Below are positions 27,301-37,900 of a stretch of DNA of 64,000 nucleotides, piece by piece. The notes under the pieces are model-generated. The model had not been told where the DNA came from, did no database searches, and saw nothing but the letters and a program-made list of their open reading frames with translations. Made by a program: the position numbers and the translations under genes. This stretch comes from a virus (taxonomy: Duplodnaviria > Caudoviricetes): the IMG/VR virus record IMGVR_UViG_3300023108_000002; one strand, written 5' to 3'. The stretch's first letter is position 1, and each line of letters begins with the position of its first letter.

Positions 27301-30225
27301 TGGATTAAAGATGGATTTGTGGCTGGTTTGGATCAAGTTGGAGAGTATGCTCTTCACACAGATTTTGGATATGCCAGAACAGATGATGTCGATGAAATTC
27401 TATCAAATAGCTTAACAAATAATGAATTGACTTTAGATTTTTGGTATTTTAGAAAATCAACATCCATAACTGATTTAAATTCTCCTGGCTCATCAATATT
27501 TTCTTTCAATGTTGAAGATGGTGGAGATCAAAAAACAATTCTTTGGCAAAAAACAGACGGAACACTTTTATTAGAAGATAGTCTTGGAAATCAATTAACA
27601 ACTGCACAATTAGAATTTGGAAAATGGCATCATATCGCTGTTTATTTTAGCGACAATGCAACTACAATATATGTTGATGGAAAAAAAGAAGATACTATTG
27701 CGTCCACAAACATGCTTGAATATACTACAGGTACTAATTTTTATGTCGGCGCTAGACAAGACGCTGGACCAGACTATGTAATACTTGATTATACTTTAGG
27801 TTTCTTTGGTAGTATGAGATTTACCAAAGGACAGAGATATGAGGAACAACCAATTAATGGGGATGGTAATATTTTAGTTGAAGATTTGGGAACAGAAAAC
27901 GCATTATCTGGAAATGGACTAAATCCAATATATGTAAATCCAGTTCCAAGTTATAGAAATATTAGAAATTCAGTAAAATTGACAAACTCCTTTGTTGCAA
28001 CAGAAGGACAAACTGTATATGCATTAGATTATGACTCAACACAACAGATTGTAATTACTATCAATGATTCTCCAACAACCGCATTTTCTGCGACAGATGG
28101 ATATGAAATTACTTTTGATAGTGGTTTGACTGCTGGTGATGTTGTAGTTATTTCTTCATATTCTGTTATAAATGATGATCTTGAATATATCATTTACGAT
28201 TCAAATAATGCAGTTGCTGCGAATACGATCCTTTTAAGAAGAATGGATTCTGATGGAATCTATTCGTCATATCAACTTCCAGATGGACATTCATTGAGAG
28301 TAAAATATTCTGCGCGGCCACCGGCGGGAGTAAGCAAAACAAGACTTATTACTGGTGGTAGTAATTATATTCGTTATTTGTATGGTTATGTAAAAGACAA
28401 AACTATGGATTATAATTCAATTGGTGATGGCGCATTTTTCTTAGGCAAAGGAAAAACTGTTGGCGGGATTAGTAAAATCAATATTTATGAAAGCAATATT
28501 CAAGATCAGTATGATGGGTTTGGAGTTGGTTACGATACACCACCGACTCTAGACCTATCTCAACTTGGAGATGGTACTGCACAAGTAAATGTTTTGACAG
28601 GGCCGGTTTGTGTTAGAGAAGGACAATATATTAATGATGAAGGTTTCTTATCGGCAGATAATAGAATAACTGACAGTTATTTGTGGCAAGATTATTCATA
28701 TGTTATCAAAGTTGGTAGATATATTGATGAGTGGAGAAAAATCGTTAAGAAAGTAGTTCATCCGGCCGGACTAATGATGTTTGGTGAATACTCAATTACT
28801 ACCACGGCGGAATTGAGAAAGACTGCAAATGCAGCATGGAGTCAATTGATATATGAGATTATCAAAAATATCAACTTAAAAGTCAGAAATATGGATGGTT
28901 TGGGAAGATGGACATATGGATCTTCATTTCCAATGAACACCAATGACTTAAATTCTTATGGGTATAAAATTGTCTATGATAATAGACAACCAACAATAAA
29001 CAGCACGATTGATGGATTGTATCAGGGCGTGGGTACTGGAGAGGTATCTGATGATACAATTGGAGCAGCCACAGTTGACACGGGTTCTGGTAGATATGCA
29101 CTTTTAGATGAAAATCAAGATGATGCATACCAATGGAATGTTGTAAAATATATTGCATTGAACTACAAAGATGCGTTTGGAAAAGATTATGAAAATTATT
29201 ACGAATCAGAACTTATTGGAAATACAGTAACTGTATATGATTTGTCTGATACTGAAATTACAAATGATGAATACATAAACACACGTCCTTGGGCGAAATA
29301 TCAAATCACTTCAATTGAATTTGATGATGATGCTGAAGATAGAATAGTCACATTTACTGTGAAATATTTGAAACATTATAAAAATATTCCAACACTTTCC
29401 CCAGAAAACAAAGTAGAATTCAGATGGGATAATATCTTTAGAGGAAATGTGGACAGAATGAACAACTATTGGGTCGGTTCTACTCTAGATGGTGCCAATC
29501 CAAGAGATGAAAAAATGATCATAAATATTTCTGGAAGATATAATAATAACAAAGAAGGAGATGTGCCTACTTTACATACAACCTATCGTTCTCTAGAAAG
29601 ATTTAAATTCTACTTTACAGCATATTATCCTTGGCAAAATCTAGCAGCACTGTTGTTTAGTCCACAGAGAGAAATGGAAGCTTCCCCATACTGGAATAGA
29701 AGAAAATTAATTCAAGGCAATCAACTCACTCATGTTCCAAGACGGCCTACAGAATTTAATATGTGGTATTTCTTGCCAGTTGAGGTTGCTGGAGATTATG
29801 ATTGGATTGCAAATACGGATGGAACTGACCATCAATGGACTAATACTAGAATTTCTGAAATTACAGAAAAATCGGATAGAAAATATAGAGCAGTTCTAGA
29901 TTCACATTTAGATTTGAATCCTGTATATTTGGTAATGAGTGAAGAAAATCCTAATTCTAGTACTAGAAAAAGAATGGGCCCTACTAATTTATCAGTAGAA
30001 AGAGCTAAATTCAATGAAAAAACTCAGATGATAGATTATAATGTAGACAGAATTGATTATAACGAAAATGAGTTGTATATGAACACATTTGGAAAATATA
30101 TCGTTCCCGGCGGGTTACATAATAAAACTAATTTTGCTTCTGAATCGAGCATAATAAAATTCCGTTCAGAACCAACCACATTGGAAGAATTGAATAATAT
30201 GATAAGTTCAACTATGATTGACTAA
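24361..30225 (+). CDS. gp7: baseplate wedge initiator (T4 gp7-like), expanded with repeats and a LamG-like domain
   Basis: F..FLE.YYEW, K.FYQSKGTE.SYKFLFR..F.E, DSYLWQDYSYV.K, W...VK..VHPAG..MFG; internal LTLDFW..., WHHIAV..., LYVDG-type LamG pattern. Confidence 0.8.
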   Translation: MSSNIKDISNYIRQQLPYYISSDEDYGKFVRFLELYYEWLSQPSNVSDVTGKIIDYTDLDQTLDLFVSMFKSELADSFPNITRIKGIEFSNENTENNTQSATITTSDQNFFADGSNHTFKLNYFNPLYYLGNPDDNSKVVEIKVFTNLAGSARGTDSSLDGVLDFLTSPDVDPNGSAGSYNLLVENTDYVLIDNTIKFIDINGDPEAPTNNDLIKVRFYIESILQTTGTADSEDDVKKIVSDASIKKTSYTNQKNFLKFMKDFYQSKGTEPSYKFLFRSIFNEDIDIYYPKNNLFKLSNNVWDSTRSLRAIPYSPSKVTDPKVETPYRIKGKTSNATATVEYYNDVTIGSYSVREYFITNISGDFTNKEKIEILQTNNTTYEEELYVCVVGFDIIEPGQNYPRNRPLTSYVSDAGSGTGFSAMIQHTTMGSLDEIEIIGSGSNYITGEQIDFAETGSLGSGALGEVSEIDSVTTDYEVVFNQNPESLEYPVLSFDISLSGDIYPSNSTNTIVSIENIDSKTNDVLILYDYENLIRDRRVYQNGMSFHGFLLDKKSNTIAYRHKASLMPVENPLDTVVNTNFGEVTDTRIRQDLDIRVDSVDANGGITSASVITPAANPTSIFPNIIQLTNQTAVLNNGLGFGASFDVVVENNTITSLTLNADDNSQLYSINDIVKIDGSTFRPDGESINDDVFIKITAVAGGVVVTDIESDAYTTTSVNGTGAVWDIDTTQATYPKLISVLLSDADSNGNPSPTSGYEVGDSFTIPGSVINGTDGEHDLTIEVTEVDNNGRIHSFQTLGRPQGGQISSFTQENFPTLPDAKHEFYNPTFVANNPNGGPVGVGLKFSVNVDGSSYSVINPFGVSRGSGYEVGTTLTINGELLGGTTGVNDLVIRIDDVVDNIRDGEFISGQVKELSVVSGTAVNKTTYRNVSVQNGKGRGARFDVAVNSGTYSITIPAGKEGTGYSIDQTLTIPGQVLGAQWIKDGFVAGLDQVGEYALHTDFGYARTDDVDEILSNSLTNNELTLDFWYFRKSTSITDLNSPGSSIFSFNVEDGGDQKTILWQKTDGTLLLEDSLGNQLTTAQLEFGKWHHIAVYFSDNATTIYVDGKKEDTIASTNMLEYTTGTNFYVGARQDAGPDYVILDYTLGFFGSMRFTKGQRYEEQPINGDGNILVEDLGTENALSGNGLNPIYVNPVPSYRNIRNSVKLTNSFVATEGQTVYALDYDSTQQIVITINDSPTTAFSATDGYEITFDSGLTAGDVVVISSYSVINDDLEYIIYDSNNAVAANTILLRRMDSDGIYSSYQLPDGHSLRVKYSARPPAGVSKTRLITGGSNYIRYLYGYVKDKTMDYNSIGDGAFFLGKGKTVGGISKINIYESNIQDQYDGFGVGYDTPPTLDLSQLGDGTAQVNVLTGPVCVREGQYINDEGFLSADNRITDSYLWQDYSYVIKVGRYIDEWRKIVKKVVHPAGLMMFGEYSITTTAELRKTANAAWSQLIYEIIKNINLKVRNMDGLGRWTYGSSFPMNTNDLNSYGYKIVYDNRQPTINSTIDGLYQGVGTGEVSDDTIGAATVDTGSGRYALLDENQDDAYQWNVVKYIALNYKDAFGKDYENYYESELIGNTVTVYDLSDTEITNDEYINTRPWAKYQITSIEFDDDAEDRIVTFTVKYLKHYKNIPTLSPENKVEFRWDNIFRGNVDRMNNYWVGSTLDGANPRDEKMIINISGRYNNNKEGDVPTLHTTYRSLERFKFYFTAYYPWQNLAALLFSPQREMEASPYWNRRKLIQGNQLTHVPRRPTEFNMWYFLPVEVAGDYDWIANTDGTDHQWTNTRISEITEKSDRKYRAVLDSHLDLNPVYLVMSEENPNSSTRKRMGPTNLSVERAKFNEKTQMIDYNVDRIDYNENELYMNTFGKYIVPGGLHNKTNFASESSIIKFRSEPTTLEELNNMISSTMID

Positions 30226-30232
30226 AAAAGAT

Positions 30233-30240
30233 TATAAATA
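30233..30240 (+). promoter_or_regulatory. T4 late promoter upstream of gp8
   Basis: TATAAATA in the 48-nt intergenic gap. Confidence 0.75.
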
Positions 30241-30273
30241 GTAAAAACTTACAAAGACTTAAAAGGTAAAAAA

Positions 30274-31944
30274 ATGGCAGCAATTATCACAAACAAATTG
30301 AGGATTTTCAACGCACAAGAATTCCTACAATCAATAAACCGTTCTTCTCCTGTCTGGACAACTAATAGAGCATATTCTGCTGGGGATTCTGTAGTAAATA
30401 ACAGAAACCTTTTCATTGCAGTCTCTAATGGAACTTCTGCAGCAACAGGAACAGGGCCTACGCCATCTTCTCTTACAGATGGTACTGTAACATGGGTACA
30501 TCAAGGTCTTGCAGTATATAACAATCTGTATATGTCAGTTGCAAGACACACTCCTTGGGTGAATGATGCAAATCCTCCAACTCCACAAGATTCTATTGGA
30601 TATGGTTATTCAGTAAATGCAGATGCGATTGCAATGAAAAAGATCAATTATGCTGATATGACTCTCGCTATTCCAAGAATTAATTGGACTTCTGGAAGAG
30701 TTTATACAATGTTTGAACACGATTCCCCAGAAGAAATCATTCCAAACAATTATGTAATTACTGATTCTGGAAATCAATACAATGTCTACAAATGTATTAG
30801 TAACCAAAGATATATTGACGATTCAGTTGGTGTTCAAGCTGTCGCATCTACTGTCAAACCTACTTCTACTTCTACTACTTCATTTGAGACAACTTCAGAC
30901 GGATATGTGTGGAAGTATATGTATTCTATTGAACTTTCAAAGGCCTTAAAGTTTTTGACTAAAGACTATATTCCAGTCGATTCTGTTTTATATGAACCCG
31001 TTGATACTACTAGTGCAGAGTATGTACAGTGGCAAATTCAACAAAATGCGGCATCAGTTGATGGAGAAATTGAATTTATTAAAATTGAACCAAACGAACC
31101 AGGCGGCGCTGTCTCTGGTGGTGCTGGTTATCATCCAAATATTAATAAAACTGGTGTAACTTTAAGTGGAAATACTCTAAGTATTACAAATTTACCAAAC
31201 AATTCTCTTGATTATACAGGATATTTTGTAGTTGATTTAGGTAATAACGAACAGTTTGAAATCACAGAATGGAATGTAACTGGAACAACTGCTAATGTTA
31301 CGGTCAATGGAACATTTACTGGTGGTGCAGACAGAAATATTATTGTTGCCCCAGGCGTATCTATTGCTGGTAATGGTTCTGGTTTCTCTGCATATGGTCT
31401 TGTAACTATTGACAAAATTTCAGAAATGAGAATTACCGCTCAAGGTGCAAATTGGAGCGCAGTTGATAGTGCAACTATTGATACTGTAAATGTTCCAGCA
31501 TTTGGCGGTGATGGAAATCCAAATGTAAATGCGTGTAAAATCAAACCTATTATTTCTCCAGATTTTGGTCATGGTTATAATGCCATTGAAGAGCTTGCTG
31601 GATATTATGTCATGATTTCAATGAGATTAGAATATGATGAACAATCCACAAGAAATAACAGTTTGGGTAATAGTGAAACCAAAGTAATGTTCCCTGTTTC
31701 TGGAGATGAAGCACAATTCAGACAAATTGCTGTTGTTGCAGACCCACTAGAAGCAACCACAGACAATCCACCAGCTACGGAAGAATCTTATAGGGGCCCA
31801 CAACACCCAGATTTTGGTACAGCAGACGAAGAACCTTTTGACATATTGACAGGTTCTGGTAAAGTACTTTATACAGAAAACAGACAGCCGGTTGCCAGAG
31901 CAATCGACCAAATTGAAGATATTAAAATAGTATTCGAATTCTAA
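30274..31944 (+). CDS. gp8: baseplate wedge subunit (T4 gp8-like)
   Basis: MAAIIT.K.RI.NA..F, W.ND..PP.P.D, IPRINWTSG..Y, VYKCI.N, DGY.WKYMY, SG...Y.ENR....R..DQ.EDIKIV.EF. Confidence 0.9.
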   Translation: MAAIITNKLRIFNAQEFLQSINRSSPVWTTNRAYSAGDSVVNNRNLFIAVSNGTSAATGTGPTPSSLTDGTVTWVHQGLAVYNNLYMSVARHTPWVNDANPPTPQDSIGYGYSVNADAIAMKKINYADMTLAIPRINWTSGRVYTMFEHDSPEEIIPNNYVITDSGNQYNVYKCISNQRYIDDSVGVQAVASTVKPTSTSTTSFETTSDGYVWKYMYSIELSKALKFLTKDYIPVDSVLYEPVDTTSAEYVQWQIQQNAASVDGEIEFIKIEPNEPGGAVSGGAGYHPNINKTGVTLSGNTLSITNLPNNSLDYTGYFVVDLGNNEQFEITEWNVTGTTANVTVNGTFTGGADRNIIVAPGVSIAGNGSGFSAYGLVTIDKISEMRITAQGANWSAVDSATIDTVNVPAFGGDGNPNVNACKIKPIISPDFGHGYNAIEELAGYYVMISMRLEYDEQSTRNNSLGNSETKVMFPVSGDEAQFRQIAVVADPLEATTDNPPATEESYRGPQHPDFGTADEEPFDILTGSGKVLYTENRQPVARAIDQIEDIKIVFEF

Positions 31945-31965
31945 TTAATTTGAGAGAAGAAAAAC

Positions 31966-34900
31966 ATGGCCTTAAATCTTAATGTAGCTCCTTATTTTGA
32001 TGATTATGATGTAAATAAGGGGTACTTAAAAATACTCTTCAAACCTGGCAATTCTGTTCAAGCCAGAGAAATGACGCAACTTCAGACAATACTGCAAAAT
32101 CAAATTGCCAATCTATCTGATCATTTCTTTAAAGAAGGTTCTTTGGTAATTCCTGGCCAAGCAGCTCTTGATTTGAAAGCAAATTATGTAAAAGTAGAAC
32201 TTGGTGGAACTCTCTCTACTGCAAATGGATTTGTAGGAAAAATTGTTCAGGGTAAAAGCACAGGAATTAGGGCATTAGTTGTAAATTATGCAGATGCTGT
32301 TGATTTAAATAATGATGATGTTATCGATGGTTCTAATGATGAGTTAACTACCCTATATGTTAAATATTTAGATAGCACAACTTCAGGAAACACAACATTC
32401 TCTGATGGCACAACAGTAAATATTTTAGAAAATGGAACAGCAAATTTTACAATAAATGGCCAAACTGTATCTTTAGCAGAAGGACAAACTTCCACCTTTG
32501 TGGAAGGAGAAGAACTTGTTACAACAACCGACGATGGTGTAAACTTAACTTGTACCGTTCAAAATAATTCTCAAGTTTTAAATCCTATTGGAATTGGTTC
32601 TCTCGCATTTATCGAAGAGGGAGTTTACTATATTGGTGGTAAATTAGTAAGAGTCGCATCACAAAGTATTATTCTAGACAAATATAATAACAAACCATCA
32701 TATAGAATTGGATTGGAAATTTCTGAAAGTATTGTATCTCATAATGACGATACTAGTTTATTGGATAATTCTTTAGGAACTACAAACTTTAATTCTCCTG
32801 GCGCCGACAGATATAAAATTCAACTCACTCTTACCAAACGAGATTATGATGTTATTGACACAAATAATTTTGTAGAATTGATAGCAGTTAAAGATGGGTA
32901 TATTAATAGTTATGTTCAAAATACAGACTATTCTGTTTTAATGAAAACATTAGCAAGAAGAACATATGACGCGGATGGAGATTTTACAATTCGTCCATTC
33001 AAATTAGATATCAGAGAATATTATAAAGAAAATAATAATGGTGGTGTGTTTTCAATGTCAGATTTTGAATTTGACACAGAAGTTGCTGCAAGACAGTTTG
33101 CATTTGATTGGGGATTTAGTGATGACATTGGATGGGTGATCAACGGCCAAGGTCAGGCGCATACTATTTCTTCTATTGACAGATTAAATTATCCAGAACA
33201 AAATTTAGATGAAACTGGTTTAAAATATTATCCGGCAAATAACCATGAAAATCTTATGGTTGCAATTAGAGACAAATTAGCCATTGGGGTAGAATCTGGG
33301 AAGGCTTATATTAAAGGATATGAAATTGAACGCAAACCTTCTTCAAGACAAGGAAAATATATTGTATTTGATAAATCTAGAAGCAATTATCAAATAAACA
33401 ACAAATATATGCCTGTGAATTTAGGAGCATTTGTTTATACCAGCGACTCCAAAGGTTTATTTAAAATAGACGAAGAAGTAAAATTGGTAAATGTTCATAT
33501 TTCTAACTCAGGCCTTACAAAATTTATAAGTGTAAATGAGAATGTTGATGAATCGGAATCGAACTATTTAACAACTATTACATATGATGAAGATGATACA
33601 TTTTATCAAGGTGGCGGAACTGCATTAGGAACGAATATATATGGAACTGATGTTATTGCAACTGCAAAAGTAAAGGCAGTTGAATATTTTGCAGATTCAT
33701 CTTCTGATGCAAAGAAAAATAATTATTTACAATCTAGCTATCGTCCAACAACAGATGTTGAAAAAAGTAAAGAATCTGCAATCTATAAAGTATATTTATA
33801 TGATATAGAGTATGAAACAAATCCTAGAACATCACAACCCTATAATATGTCTAATGCTCGGTCTATTGTTTCTTCTGCTGAGCAGACTCCAGCGGGAATT
33901 GGTACTCCAATTTATGAAAATGGTGCCAATATTCTTACGCAATTGCAGTTGACAGATGTTCAAGGCGGATTCACCTACAAAAGTATGATATATGATAAAT
34001 TTAATGTGAACTTTAGAGGAATTAACTATTATTACAATTCGATTTATTCAATTATGTTGGTTAAACCTTTAAACTCTGGAAATATTGCCAGTGGGGCCGA
34101 GGGTACAGGTGTTTTACCTTCTGCAACTTTTAATATAAATGAAGTTATTCAAGAAGCAATACCATCCACTGATGTTGCAAGTGTTAATGTAAATTCTTGG
34201 AATGGGTCTCAAACCGCTGATGTTGGAAATGTTTCTGCAAGAATTTTTAGTAAAGCAGTTCTTCATAATACAAATGGTTCTAGTATTATTCCAATCGGAC
34301 ATGATTGGGTACAAACTGCTAGAAGTATTGACCCTATAAGTGGTATTGCTTCTATTGATACACAATATTCAGTTATAAAAAGATTTGATAATGTAAGCAC
34401 ATCTCCCACGACAGGAAATGTAACACTTACAATAACTGAATCTGATGCTTTTTTTGAAAATATTCCAAGTAAATATTTCATTTTTTCTTCCGCAACAACT
34501 ACACAAAATAATGGAAACATTGGATTTACTTCTAATTTTTCATTTTCTACGGATTTAAGAACAGTAACATTCAATGTTTCTGGTGATACCATTGCAAATG
34601 GTTCTGCCGGGCTTGTTGTATATGCACCAGTTAAGAAAACTTCTGCTAAAGAAAAAACAAAAACACTTGTAAAAAATTATGTTGAATTGCCGCTTACTTT
34701 GTTAAATGCTTCTGGAGCAACCATAACTCCAGTAGACTATAACAATAGTCTTAGTTTTGAAGATAATGATTCATCAGGAACATATGGTGTAGATATTTTA
34801 AAGACAAATAGCAGTAATGCTACTGGAACTGTAAATCCGACTTTTGCTGTTGGTGCGAATTTAGATATGAGTTTGAGTTTATCAACTTTGCAACTGCAAA

Positions 34901-37900
34901 AATCAGACATTAGAGAATTGGTAAAACTTTATGATACATGTAATGTTAACAATGTTGCATATAGAGTTGATGTTGTGTCTGATACTAAAAAATATATTCA
35001 TGAAATGACAGCAGATGATTTTGCTTTTGCAAGGAGTGCATATGAATTTTATGAACAAACAGGACAATCTCCATTCAATGTAAATTTGGACAATAATATT
35101 GTTACTAGTTTAGTTGACCTTGCAAATGCATTAACTATTAGTGAAATTGAAAATCCGTTTAAAATTCAGATGGAAACCGCCTGGGCCGCCGGTCAGTTGA
35201 TCACAAATCCAACTGATGTTCCTGTTAAAATTAATGATATAACAGATAGATATGATTTATTTGACGGCCAAAAACCATCAATTATTCAGTTAGGAGAATT
35301 AAATTTAAAATCTGGAAGTTTACCCTGCGGAGGCCGTCCAATTGTTGTGTATAATTACTACAATCACGGCATAGGTGATTATGCGTCCGTAGATTCATAT
35401 GTAGATGGATATTCGACTATAGGTTATTATCAAAATTCTCGTTTATCAGATGTTATCGATTTCCGTCCAGCAGTTTCGTATCAACAGCTAACAGGATATC
35501 CTATAGGAGAGGGAGTTGTTTCTGATTCGACTGACTATCCAATTCATAATACCGCAATTAGTGCTGATATTAGAATATATCTTGCTAGAAAGGATAAACT
35601 ATATATTGACAAATTAGGAAGAGTGAGAGTTAAATATGGTTCTCCTAGCGAAGACCCTTCAATGCCAGAAGATGCAGCCGATGGCATGGTAATTTACGAA
35701 ATAAACACCGATCCATATACAATAAGTCCAAAAGCTCTTACTGTTAAAATGAGAGATAATAAAAAATATAGCATGAAAGACATTGGTAAACTAGAAAAAA
35801 GAATTGAAAATCTTGAATATTATACATCTCTCAATCTTTTAGAAAAAGACACTATGGATCTCGCAGTGAGAGATGAAAACGGAAATGATCGATTCAAAAA
35901 TGGATTTATTGTTGATAGATTTGTAGATCATACAGTTGGTGATGTTTTTGATCCAGATTATAAAGTTTCAATTAGTAAATCTGAAGGCGTTTTGCGGCCG
36001 TTCTTTACTGAAAAAAATGTTAACATGTCAATTAATGCAGCTGCATCTGATGGATATGCAATAAAAGAACAAAAACTGTATTTGCCATATACAAGCGAAT
36101 ATCTAATCACACAAGAAAAATCTTCAAAAACTGTGAATGTTAATCCTTTTGCTATTTTCACATTTAGAGGAAGTGTTGCTCTATTTCCGTCTACTGATGA
36201 ATGGAAAGTAACAAATCAGGCTCCAGATATTGTAACTGATAGAAGAGAAGAGTATGAAAATATTTTTGGAGCGCTTCTTCCTGAAGATGGAGTTCTAGGC
36301 ACAATTTGGAACGAATGGGAACAAAACTGGACAGGAGAGAGTTCAGATTCTACATCCAGCACACGAAGAGTGAATAGAAGTAATGCAACTTCTTCAGTTA
36401 TTTCTGGTGGAAGAACATCTGGTGGCATTAGAAACGAAACAACTACAATTACGACTACTACACTCACTGGACAACAAACAAGAACTGGTACTACAAATAT
36501 AGTTCAGTTGCGCGATAATACAGAAACCGTAGGACAAAGAATACTTAGTACTGAAATTATTCCGTTTATGAGAGCAAGAGATGTTTATTTTAGTGCTGAT
36601 AGATTGAAACCAAATACAAGACTATATCAATATTTTGATGGAGTAGACGTTTCTCAGTATTGTAAATCTTCTACTTTAGTAACAATTAATGACATTCCTT
36701 CAGCAACTGCTACATGGAGAAAAACCAACCCAAGTATTGTGAGAGATAATATGGGGTTTGTTTTTATTAGAGGTGGATCTAGTGGAACAAATGCAAGAGT
36801 TTTTGATATTAATTATTTGACTTCTAGCAGTTTGCGGTTTCATTTACACCCAGACGCAACAACTGGATTTATAAGTGGAGAAAATATATTCATTGTCTAT
36901 CCTGATCCAGAAGCATCTGGGGGGGAGAGAATTAGAAATGCTGGAAGCTGGCCTACCCTCAGTTCAAATATTATTGCTGGTGGAGATCTTGTCAAATCAG
37001 ATGGTGCTGGATTTGTTTCTGGTACTTTTTCTATTCCAAATAATGATGATCTCAGATTCAAGACTGGAGAAAGAGTTTTCAAGCTTTCTGACCAACCTAA
37101 CAATGCACAGGATGTAGATACGGAAGCGCAGACAACCTATGTTGCCTCAGGTGTCATTGAAACTGTTGCTGATCAAATTGTTCTAACAAGAATGCCAGAC
37201 TTTCAAACACAAAGCGCAGAAGAATCCGAAGCAATTACTTCAGTAGAGGTAAATACAGTTGTTACTGCTGGAAACTGGTATGACCCTCTTGCACAGACTA
37301 TTATGATTAATCAAGACGGTGGCTGTTTTATTACAGCAGTAGAACTATTTTTCTCTACAAAGGATGATAGTAAACCAGTTACTGTTCAGGTTAGACAAAC
37401 TGTAAATGGATATCCAGGCCCTAAAATTTTAGGACAATCTGTAGTATATCCAGAAAATGTGTCCATATCAGATAATGGTGTTCTTCCGACTGAATTTGTA
37501 TTTCCATCTCCTATCTATGTGCAAGACGAAACAGAATATTGTATTGTAATTCTTGCAGATACACAAGGATATCGTTGCCACGTTGCTAGAATGGGAGAAC
37601 AATCTTTAGATGGAAGTGGAACTATTTCTCAGCAACCTTATGCGGGAGTATTCTTTAAATCACAAAATGCTTCAACTTGGACAGCAGATCAAATGGAAGA
37701 TTTGAAGTTTAGAGTATCAAGAGCTAAGTTTGACACTTTAGCAAATTCTGAAATTTATCTTCAAAACACAGAATTAGATGATATGGGTAATGACCTTTGG
37801 TCAGAAAACTTTAAATCAAATTCAATGAAAGTTGCTGCTGGAGATACTAAAGTAACATTCTTTGTTTCGGATACAAGTGGTATGGTCCCGACAAGTGTTT

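Noticed and set aside
33793-33800. Minus-strand TATAAATA inside the DUF4815 gene
   Set aside because: Antisense within a long CDS, with no downstream gene; expected by chance in AT-rich DNA
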